From: Nostoc sp.
GTDB lineage: Bacteria > Cyanobacteriota > Cyanobacteriia > Cyanobacteriales > Nostocaceae
Direction: 5' to 3'
DNA length: 64,000 nucleotides
Assembly: GCA_036918135.1 (NCBI GenBank)
Contig: JBALDB010000056.1
Span: 434,080-498,079, forward strand
Shown: positions 10,736-19,537 of the stretch, one piece after another
Numbering within the stretch: the first letter of the stretch is position 1
Layout: each line of letters starts with the position of its first letter
Notes under the pieces: model-generated
Database searches by the model: none
The model's input: only the letters and a program-made list of their open reading frames with translations
Told to the model about the DNA's origin: nothing
Made by a program: the position numbers and the translations under genes

Positions 10736-10815
10736 AAAAACCCCCGGTCTAATCAACACCAGGGGTATCCATCTTTATTCCCTGATACTACAATCGCATC
10801 TGTCAGGCTATGATA
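10736..10815 (-). ncRNA. Candidate small RNA unit B1
   Basis: Minus strand reads agcctgac...acccctggtgttgattagaccgggggtttttg (terminator), with a possible TATCAT -10 at 10810-10815; related to unit B2. Confidence 0.4.
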
Positions 10816-10871
10816 CATGGGCACTCATGCAATAAAAGCATAATATTGATGATGATTTTGCAATCTATTTC

Positions 10872-10990
10872 AAAAAAAAAGGCTTAGCTCAGTGCTAATC
10901 CTTAATATATTTAGTATTTAAAAATACATTTCACATTAATTTAGACTTACTTTTGCTTTAGTTTATCTTCCTATAAACTGTATCCAAATA
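10872..10990 (-). ncRNA. Candidate small RNA array unit A1 (promoter, variable segment, terminator)
   Basis: Plus strand: A-run, aggcttagc/gctaatcct hairpin (10880-10902), 32 nt variable segment, attaatttag, 20 nt, atcttccta...gtatc. Confidence 0.55.
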
Positions 10991-11025
10991 TTTTAAAGCC
11001 GATCGACAACTACTTAATAAATTAT

Positions 11026-11138
11026 AATAAAAGGCTTGGCTAAGCCAAGCCTCTATATATACCAAGCATTTACTACACCAAGATTAATTTAGACTTACTC
11101 TTACTTTAGTTCATCTTCCTATAGGCTGTGTCCAAATA
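11026..11138 (-). ncRNA. Candidate small RNA array unit A2
   Basis: aggcttggc/gccaagcct hairpin (11032-11052), 30 nt variable segment, attaatttag (11083), 20 nt, atcttccta...gtgtc. Confidence 0.58.
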
Positions 11139-11173
11139 TTGGGAAATCTGATATACCATTTTCTGCTTATTAA

Positions 11174-11288
11174 TAAAAAAGGTTTGGCTCTAAACCAAAC
11201 CTAAATAATTGCTGTGCTTAACAACGTACTAAATTAATTTAGTTCTACTATATTTACAGATCATCATCCTAAAGAATATGTCTAAACA
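11174..11288 (-). ncRNA. Candidate small RNA array unit A3
   Basis: aggtttgg/ccaaacct hairpin (11180-11202), 30 nt variable segment, attaatttag (11233), 20 nt, atcatccta...atgtc. Confidence 0.55.
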
Positions 11289-11678
11289 TCATAAAATTTG
11301 ATATCTAATTATTTTGTCATAATCTTGACATATTTACTTTAAGTATATATAAAAATATGCGATTAAAGTACCTTAAGTACAAAAAAGAACTATCAACTAT
11401 TTTGTATAAAGTAATTATATAACTTCGTACTAAGAGCATGTTTTAAAAGTTAAAATATATACTTAAAACCTCACTTCAATTCCTCTCAAGAGCACGAGAG
11501 AAACTTTGAAACACTCATGGGAGGAAATCCCAAGACCGGACTGGCTCTTCCGTCCCTAGACAAATAAGTTCAAAAATTAAAATAGATTACTATAAGACAC
11601 ATACTTGTGCCAATACTAAGTATAAACAGAATTTCTAACAGATAGGTTTGAAAGTCTCTCTTTGGCTTATATCAGATT

Positions 11679-11790
11679 AAAAAAAAACCCTGGAATAATA
11701 TCCAGGGTACATACACGTTTTTCAGGCATTAACAGGCTGAATATTAACTCTGGAAAATAGTTATTTCTACTATCCTTAGAATGATAGGAA
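11679..11790 (-). ncRNA. Candidate small RNA unit B2
   Basis: accctgga/tccagggt hairpin with an A-run; minus-strand TAATAT at 11741-11746; actatccttag box about 21 nt upstream. Confidence 0.42.
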
Positions 11791-12216
11791 AATTGCTTTC
11801 TCTATGATATACACGTCTTTTTGATGCATGGTCTATTTCTATATAGTATTTTAATGAATTTTTATATTCCTTTAGTAAGGTGTCAAACATTTTGTAACTT
11901 GATATTAATCTTTTTTAATTATTCCTTACACGTTTATCAATAACTCGTACTAGCCCAGTCCATTAGCGAGGCAGAAACTATAGCTGTTGTTATCTAGAGG
12001 AATTTGATGTGATTTATCAACTTACCTGTGTAGGCAAGCAAAAGGCACTCTTGCAAGAGGGTTATGGAAGATTAAAGTGTACAAAATTTTTTTATTCAAA
12101 TAGGATTGCTATGCCTTAGATAAGAGGTAATTAATACTTTCCCATTTTCTATTGCCTAGTTTTATAAGTAAATTCTTTAAATCAATGCGGATAACTATAG
12201 TAACTTGAGTTAATCA

Positions 12217-12320
12217 AGAAAGGCTTGGTTATTAACCAAGCCTTAGGTAAGAGTAGAGTCTATCAGCAGAATTTAGTCAATTTAGTTGATAAATACATCT
12301 GTCTTTAGAGAGTATACGAA
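12217..12320 (-). ncRNA. Candidate small RNA array unit A4
   Basis: aggcttggtt/aaccaagcct hairpin (12221-12243), shorter variable segment, aatttag (12270-12276), 20 nt, atctgtctttag. Confidence 0.48.
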
Positions 12321-12357
12321 GATTTTATATAAGTATTGAACAAAACTATAGTAATAA

Positions 12358-12472
12358 TAAAAAAGGCTTAGCTGAACGCTAAACCTCCATAGAAAGCAGT
12401 TATTCGACACACCAGAATTAATTTAAACTTAGTCTTAATTATAATCATCTTCCTCTAGGATGTATCTAATAA
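12358..12472 (-). ncRNA. Candidate small RNA array unit A5
   Basis: aggcttagc/gctaaacct hairpin (12364-12386), 30 nt variable segment, attaatttaa (12417), 20 nt, atcttcctctag...gtatc. Confidence 0.55.
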
Positions 12473-12670
12473 TTATGGAATATGATAATACTTACATCAA
12501 TAATCTAATTAAGAATCTAAACATCCTAAGACATAATTTTTATAAATATAAAGTTTAAAACAAAAATTTTTTTACATTTACATATTGGTTAAAGAATAAT
12601 AAGTGTATATTCATTAAAAAAATTACAAAAATATGTATTGTAGTTTGAAATAAGTCAGGAGTTAAATTAT

Positions 12671-12792
12671 GGCGCTGCTAAATTCAGGTATGAATTTACC
12701 TCAGGCAGAGACGCAGCGGAAAGTCTGAGGCGCACAAAGCAAGAGTTTGAGATATTGAGTTTTCAAATTTCATACTTCAATTCAGCAACGCC
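12671..12792. mobile_element. MITE-like element
   Basis: About 25 bp imperfect terminal inverted repeats: ggcgctgctaaattcaggtatgaa and ttcatacttcaattcagcaacgcc. Confidence 0.55.
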
Positions 12793-12828
12793 GATTTTTT
12801 TTACAAGCAATTAGGCAAATAAATAATA

Positions 12829-13956
12829 TTAAATATTCTTAGGTAGTTGGACAGTGAATAAACTGCCTTTACCTACTTCAGATACGACTTGGATAGTTCC
12901 TGTATGGGCTTCCACAATTCGGTGGGATAAATGTAGTCCTAAGCCGCTACCTGAACGTTTGTTTCTACCTTGGCGAAATCGCTCGAAAATTGTTGTTTGG
13001 TCTTCAGGCGCAATTCCATATCCTGTATCTTCTACCTCAATTGTTACCCAATCTTGATGTTGAGAATTGAGTGATTTTTCCCAAATGCGGATTGTTATGC
13101 CTCCTGTATCTGTAAATTTGATGGCATTTGCAATCAAGTTGTATAAGACTCGTCTGAGTTCGAGTCGATCGCCCATAATTATACCAGCATTTTTTGCCTC
13201 TGCGTCTAATAGACTGGTATCTATTTTTAAATTCAAGCCTTTTTCATTAGTTAGAGGTGTGATTTCACTGACCACTTCTTGAGCGATTTCTGGCAAATCG
13301 CACACCTCCCAATTCAAAGTTTTTTTACCTGCTTCAAAGCGATAAACTTCTAACAGAGTGTTCACCATCAGCATCAAATTTTGGTTACTGCGAATCATCA
13401 CCGCGATCGCTTTTTTCATTTCCGGCGAAATTTTGCAGAATGTTTCCATCTCGAACAAATTCAACATTCGATCGGCGGCTACCAACGGTGTTCGCAAATC
13501 ATGAGTCAGACGGGAAACAAAGTCTTCTCGTTGGCGTGCCATTTTTTGTTGTTCGTCAAGACTGTGCTTGAGGCGCAACAGCGATCGCACTCTAGCCAAA
13601 AGTTCATCGGTATCAAATGGTTTGCGAATAAAGTCATCAGCACCAGCATCCAAACCTTCAACAACGCTGGATTCGTGAAAGGCAGTAATTAGCAGAATTG
13701 GGATATAACTACTAATTGCACGGTTATTACGAATACGACGCGTAACCTCATAACCATCTATCCCTGGCATCATTACATCTAGCAAAATCAAATCTGGTGG
13801 AGATTGTTCAATTTTCTGCAAAGCCTTTATTCCATCTGAAGCCAAATCAATTTCATAACCCTCACTTTCTAAAATTGTTTGCACCAAAATGAGATTATCT
13901 CGAGTATCATCAACAGCGAGAATGCGATCGATTTTAGAATTTTCAACTACAGACAT
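12829..13956 (-). CDS. Hybrid receiver-histidine kinase
   Basis: N-terminal receiver (VDD, LLDVMMP, KP), HDLRTP H-box, NAIKF and GxGLGL. Confidence 0.93.
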   Translation of the reverse strand: MSVVENSKIDRILAVDDTRDNLILVQTILESEGYEIDLASDGIKALQKIEQSPPDLILLDVMMPGIDGYEVTRRIRNNRAISSYIPILLITAFHESSVVEGLDAGADDFIRKPFDTDELLARVRSLLRLKHSLDEQQKMARQREDFVSRLTHDLRTPLVAADRMLNLFEMETFCKISPEMKKAIAVMIRSNQNLMLMVNTLLEVYRFEAGKKTLNWEVCDLPEIAQEVVSEITPLTNEKGLNLKIDTSLLDAEAKNAGIIMGDRLELRRVLYNLIANAIKFTDTGGITIRIWEKSLNSQHQDWVTIEVEDTGYGIAPEDQTTIFERFRQGRNKRSGSGLGLHLSHRIVEAHTGTIQVVSEVGKGSLFTVQLPKNI

Positions 13957-13993
13957 GATTTATCAACTTTTTTCAGCTTTTTTAGAAGTATAT

Positions 13994-15328
13994 TTAGAAT
14001 TTAAATTTAGGGGATACTATTGGTGTTTTCCCAACTGAAGCAGATGATTGATGTGGATTTTGAGCAGAACAAAAAATATCATCGTTATCCAAGTGTAAAT
14101 TTCCAGCTTCGACTGCTACACTTGCTAATGTTACTTGACGCGGTAATTCAATTCTAAACATTGAACCAACTTCCAATTGGCTCTCAATAAAAATTTTACC
14201 GCCCATCATTTTTACCAGCGAATCTACAATTGCCAAACCCAAACCTGTCCCTGGATATTTACGAGTAATACTTTGATCGACTTGGCGAAATGCTTCAAAA
14301 ATCTGTTTAAAATCTCTCGGCGCTATCCCAATACCTGTATCTCTAACAATAATTGCCACTTGGTTTGCAGGTAGTTCCTTAACCTCAACCCAAATTTCAC
14401 CAGACTCAGTAAACTTAATTGCGTTGGAGAGCAAGTTAATTAAAATCTGTTTCACACGCATGGGATCGTTAAATCCCAAAGGATTTTGTAAATCTGTTTG
14501 CAGCAGCAATGAGAGATTTTTTGCCTCACCTAGAGAACGCATTTCTTCTACAGCTGCATCTACTACCTTTGATATATCAAAGATTTCTGGTTTTAAATCT
14601 AATCGTCCTGCCTCCAGCTTGGAAAAGTCCAGAACTTCATTCAACAGCATCAACAAATGCTTACCATTATTTAAAACGCGCTCAACCATATCTACTTGTT
14701 GGTGCGTTAGTTGACCGAACTTAGGACGCAGCAATATCTGTGAAAAACCAATAATTGCATTCATTGGTGTTCTCAGTTCGTGAGACATGGTAGCTAAGAA
14801 ATGTGATTTTAACCGCGATGCCTCCAATAACTTGAAGTTTTGCACTTGAATATGTTGCTGTTGTCTTTCCAATTCTTTATTTTTACAAATCAACTGTTCG
14901 TGACTTTCTCTAAGTTGCTGGTTTGCAAAAGCTACCTGCATTTCAGCACGATAGATGCGAATGGCATTTCGCAAAACGTGTGCCAAAATTTCCGAAGAGA
15001 TTCTAGACTTAGAAAGATAGTCTGTAGCACCAGCTTTCATTAATTCAACAGCAATTCGTTCATCTCCTTGACCGGTTAAAACTACTAAAGGAACTTTGAT
15101 TTCCGAAGAGCGTATCTGTTGGATGAGAGTCAATCCATCCTGGTCTGGTAAGCGATAATCGAGGAAAACACAATCATAGGTAGTAGTACTTAAGGCAGAG
15201 AATGCATGACTGCCTTCCTCTACCTCAGACAGATCCATTTGCACACCTGCTTTAGCCAAAGCGCGACGTACTGCCATCCGGTCTACTTCGTCATTGTCTA
15301 CAACCAAAATTTTCAGCGTTTCTTCCAT
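13994..15328 (-). CDS. Hybrid receiver-histidine kinase
   Basis: Receiver (FLDYRLP), SHELRTP, NAIKFT, DTGIG and GTGLGL. Confidence 0.93.
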   Translation of the reverse strand: MEETLKILVVDNDEVDRMAVRRALAKAGVQMDLSEVEEGSHAFSALSTTTYDCVFLDYRLPDQDGLTLIQQIRSSEIKVPLVVLTGQGDERIAVELMKAGATDYLSKSRISSEILAHVLRNAIRIYRAEMQVAFANQQLRESHEQLICKNKELERQQQHIQVQNFKLLEASRLKSHFLATMSHELRTPMNAIIGFSQILLRPKFGQLTHQQVDMVERVLNNGKHLLMLLNEVLDFSKLEAGRLDLKPEIFDISKVVDAAVEEMRSLGEAKNLSLLLQTDLQNPLGFNDPMRVKQILINLLSNAIKFTESGEIWVEVKELPANQVAIIVRDTGIGIAPRDFKQIFEAFRQVDQSITRKYPGTGLGLAIVDSLVKMMGGKIFIESQLEVGSMFRIELPRQVTLASVAVEAGNLHLDNDDIFCSAQNPHQSSASVGKTPIVSPKFKF

Positions 15329-16947
15329 CGGTTTTTATTTTCGCCGTCAAACATAGGTTGATATATAACATTTATCTTTTTGGATTATCCTATTAAAAAA
15401 TGTAAGATTTTCTGACATCTAAAATCTGTAACTTAATTAACTAAGGTATTTTGGACAATATCTAATATATTAAAGATTCTCAAATCAGAATATTTAAAAA
15501 ATCAGGACAATAATTTGATGAATCAGTATAACAATCATACTAGACTAACGCTCGCCTTTTAACTTCTAAATGACAGTTGCCATAACTTTTTTCACTACAA
15601 CAATACACTGCTTTATAGTCGGTACTAATTTCTGACTCTAAACTAGGAAAAGCAAAGGTAGTTTGGCATATCATCAGCAGGCTGATTATGATTGCCGCGC
15701 AATATTGTAAAGCTCCTTAGTCGAGCGCCTATAAGGTGAATCAGTTTTTTATATTAATTTTTATGAATCATTCCTTGACATCGATCGCATCAATTTTTTT
15801 CCTCCTTTAGTAGTATGTCGATCGCTGTTTCAGGCGTTTCTTAAATTGAGTCCAGTCTGTTGTATCCTGAATCTGGTTAATTTACCAAGTAGTAGGATTA
15901 AACTTTTAGCCGCTCGCCAATGGCTCTAAAACCATTAGCCTATTAACAGACTCAAAACTATTGAACTGAAGACAGCAGACAGCTTAGTGTAAAGTAAAAT
16001 AAAATACTTTACTAAGCTTAAGACAATTGTAAATGAGTGAGTTAACGACCGTCGTCAGTCATTAGTGAGAGTTGCATACTATTGTTGTTTACTAGAAGTT
16101 TGAACAGTTTTACCCATCAGATGCAAGAGACGAGGAAAATAAAAAAGTATTGAATGTACTTAATTTGTCAATTTTAAGTAATCTTACCTCCTAAAGTTGG
16201 AACAATTTTCTTACCATCGCCAGACAATTATTAATGTTTTTCCGGCGATCGCAAATTTTTAGAGTTGGGAAAATTACAACTTTACATTTGTTAGTGCAAC
16301 TCTCGTCAAGTGGACATTAGAAGTGCTGTTAGCGGTAGGGCGCTTTTTAGCCCGTCTTGAGTCAGAAGTTAGGAGTTAGGAGTTATTCTGCTCATTCTCC
16401 TTGTCTGGCTCATCTGCCTATTCCCCAATTCCTCCCTTGCTGTTGTACTTTGTCTGCATTTCATAACCTTTTCTAGCTTTCTAGAAGAAAATAATAAATA
16501 GTTGAGGAATCGTAGTAACTGAAAGCTGAATTTTGAGTAAAAGTGAACAATTTAGCATTCGGATCAATAATTCATCCTTTTTGTGCAACTAATCATATAT
16601 CTTCAGCTAGATTTGTACTCTATCTAAATAGAAAAAAATAGGGTATTGATTATTTCTATCGGTGGATGCAGAGTGGTCGAAAGATCATCTATCTTTGGTT
16701 TGGGAAAATAAAACGTAGGTAAGAATTCAGCACTCACGAGAGGAGGCAGTACGCTAAAGCGGTTTGTCTGGTATAAGCAACCACCGTTGATAAATTGGAA
16801 TTTATCGGGAATCTAATATAATTTAAATATTGATTCATCAAATGGTCTCCTAATTATTAAACTATCCTGACTCATAAAAAATGATAAAGATAGTAATTGC
16901 AAAAGGTAATACTTTCAAAGGCAAACAGTGTAAGAGTGAGTGTAGCG

Positions 16948-17670
16948 ATGAGTGAAATTAGCATTATTTTAATTGAAGATCATGACTTAACGCGAATGGG
17001 ACTACGGGCTGCATTACAGTCTCACAGTGCATTAAAAGTGATTGGCGAAGCTGCAAACGCTACTCAGGGATTAAAACTTTTGGAAACGGCAAAGCCAGAT
17101 GTAGCCGTTGTAGATATTGGCTTGCCTGACATGGATGGCATTGAACTCACTCGTAAATTCAGACGCTACCAAGCTGAAACTGGGCAATCAGTAACCAAGA
17201 TTTTGATCCTAACAATGGATCATACAGAGGATGCTGTACTTGCAGCTTTTGCCGCAGGAGCAGATTCTTATTACATGAAAGAAACAAGTATCAGTAAATT
17301 AACTGAGGCTATCCAAGCAACTTATGGCGGTAACTCTTGGATCGACCCGTCAATAGCCAATGTGGTATTGCGGAAGATGCGGCAAGGAATTCCTGGAGAA
17401 AGCCAAACGTCTGACAAGCCGAAGACTGTAAAAATTGAAGCGCTGGCCACAGAATACGAGCAAGTTTTGGAAACATACCCCCTAACTCAACGAGAATTAG
17501 AAATTCTGGAGTTGATTGTCGCCGGGTGTAGCAACGGGCAAATTGCCGAAAAACTCTACATTACAGTTGGTACTGTCAAGACTCATGTTCGCAATATTCT
17601 AAACAAACTTTGTGCTGATGACCGTACCCAAGCTGCTGTTAGGGCTTTACGTTCTGGGTTGGTAGCGTGA
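16948..17670 (+). CDS. orrA: NarL/LuxR-family response regulator, OrrA-like
   Basis: Receiver plus LTQRELEIL...TVKTHVRNIL HTH. Sequence and divergent hybrid kinases resemble Nostoc/Anabaena OrrA from memory. The family call is firm, the symbol less so. Confidence 0.75.
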   Translation: MSEISIILIEDHDLTRMGLRAALQSHSALKVIGEAANATQGLKLLETAKPDVAVVDIGLPDMDGIELTRKFRRYQAETGQSVTKILILTMDHTEDAVLAAFAAGADSYYMKETSISKLTEAIQATYGGNSWIDPSIANVVLRKMRQGIPGESQTSDKPKTVKIEALATEYEQVLETYPLTQRELEILELIVAGCSNGQIAEKLYITVGTVKTHVRNILNKLCADDRTQAAVRALRSGLVA

Positions 17671-17745
17671 GGAACTGGTGACGTGAGGAGTGAGGAGATG
17701 GAGGGTGTGGGGAGTGCAAAGAGATGGAGAAAAATAGCCCATAAC

Positions 17746-17843
17746 TAAGGAACTGATAAATAAAAAAATATCCCACTATTTATAAGTCAACAGTCAACAA
17801 TCATCAACTTCAAATCGGATAATTTATTTCTTAGAGTTCCCTA
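17746..17843. mobile_element. MITE-like repeat family, copy 1
   Basis: taaggaact...aaaatatcccac...caacttcaaa...ataatttattt...agttcccta; related copies at 30368 and 52324. Confidence 0.55.
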
Positions 17844-17858
17844 ACGACTAATACCTCT

Positions 17859-19223
17859 TCATCCCAATCGTTCCTGTAAACATTTGGCAATGCGTAGTGC
17901 TGCACCTGGTTTTCCCATGCGCTGTACACCGTTATCGGCAATTATTTGTAAACTATCAGGGTTTTTAAATAACGACTGTACTATCTTCGGAACTTCTATT
18001 GGCTGCTCAACTAAAATTAAAGATAAGCCTAAAAGGCGACTTTGTGCTTCAGCAAAGCCACGGTTATATTGAGGCCCATTGCCAGGAATAGCGATCGCAG
18101 GTTTGCCCAAACCGACAAACTGTTCTGTAGCTGTACCTGCCATTGCAATCGCCAAATCTCCCAACTGCAAACACTCGTTATAAGCTTGTTGGGTTAACAG
18201 TAAATAAGCATTTTTTTGCTTAAATGTCAAGATATTTGCATCGGAAATTTTGAGAGGAAATTCTGATGCGGTTCGCCAGCCTTGAGATTGTACGCTTTGA
18301 GATAAGATATTACAGTCTAGACTGGGGGCGATCGCACCTAAAAACACAATTGTGCCAGAAGTGTGGAAAACCGTATTTCGCTGTTGGAAACTTGTTAGCA
18401 ATGCAGATACGGCAATCATAATTGTTTCCCAGTTGTTGTACGCTTCTGGCGGACGGGAACCAGGCAAAAGAGTTACCACAAAAGGCCGAATTGTTTCTTG
18501 TTGTTGGCTAGCCTGACTATAAAATTGTGGCGATGGAAATGTTGGTTCTAGACCATCCATCATCGGATTTCCTAAATTAAAAGCTGGAATTGGCCATTGT
18601 TTTAATATTTCTGTGGTCAAAGCATCTCTGAGGAACACCGCCTGACATCGGCGACGACTCATCAACCAACGTTCCCAAGGATGATACACAGAACCAGAAA
18701 AGTTTTCCCAACTCACATCTTTGGATTTTTTTGGTAACAATCCAACTTCATCTCGCACATGATATTCTGATTTTGCCGTACCAACAAAAGCATAATTAAT
18801 ACCACTCAAAGTTGCAAACAACAGCGGGACTATATCTCCCACAGCTAAAATTGCTCTCTTGTTACCTAATTTTTTTTGAGAACTTACCCAGCGGCGAATA
18901 GCTTTAATCTGGCTGAGGGTAAGTTGCAATAAACCACCGCGTACATCCCGCGCTAATTGACGTCCATCCATATAAATAAAGCCACCAGAAGGCATAGTAC
19001 GTACCGAACCAATCAGGGGAATACCCAACTGTTGGTAAGCACGTCCTTCACCCACCAAAGGTAAAGCAAATATCTCTGGTGGGTCTGATTGTTGTTGGAG
19101 TTCTTGCAAAATCCGGACTGCAATTATATCTTCCCCATGTCCGTTACTTAATACAAGTAACCGCAAACGTGAAGTTGCAGCTTGGGAATTAGAAGCTAGA
19201 GATAACCGGGATACATTACTCAT
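17859..19223 (-). CDS. Lipid-A-disaccharide synthase-related protein (GT-B fold)
   Basis: SNGHGED, PSGGF, VGD, GNPMMD, LLPGSR and MAGTATEQ motifs. Confidence 0.85.
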   Translation of the reverse strand: MSNVSRLSLASNSQAATSRLRLLVLSNGHGEDIIAVRILQELQQQSDPPEIFALPLVGEGRAYQQLGIPLIGSVRTMPSGGFIYMDGRQLARDVRGGLLQLTLSQIKAIRRWVSSQKKLGNKRAILAVGDIVPLLFATLSGINYAFVGTAKSEYHVRDEVGLLPKKSKDVSWENFSGSVYHPWERWLMSRRRCQAVFLRDALTTEILKQWPIPAFNLGNPMMDGLEPTFPSPQFYSQASQQQETIRPFVVTLLPGSRPPEAYNNWETIMIAVSALLTSFQQRNTVFHTSGTIVFLGAIAPSLDCNILSQSVQSQGWRTASEFPLKISDANILTFKQKNAYLLLTQQAYNECLQLGDLAIAMAGTATEQFVGLGKPAIAIPGNGPQYNRGFAEAQSRLLGLSLILVEQPIEVPKIVQSLFKNPDSLQIIADNGVQRMGKPGAALRIAKCLQERLG

Positions 19224-19537
19224 AAGAAACAAAACATCAAAATTAATTGTCTATTTGGGTAAGAAGTATAAATAAAGAATTCGGCAAAGCAAGCTGGAAG
19301 TTAGTCTTATCTATAAGAATTCGGGAGTCAGAATAGTTAAAAAATCGGTAGAAAATAATAATCAATGAATGTACGAATCATATTAGACTCTTGATAAATT
19401 CTGATTTTTGAGTGCCACTTGCTCATAGGGTAAACCCACTATCCCCCTAGTGGCTCCTTGTGAGTACTGAATTTTTACGTATTATTTCTATTTATCTTAC
19501 TTTCCGATAATTCTCAGTTATTAGGTTAAATATTATT

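Noticed and set aside
10872..12472. CRISPR array or NsiR1 interpretation of the ~150 bp repeats
   Set aside because: Units are too long and divergent for CRISPR and there are no cas genes in the window. There is no TCCGGA box or hetF neighbour as expected for NsiR1.
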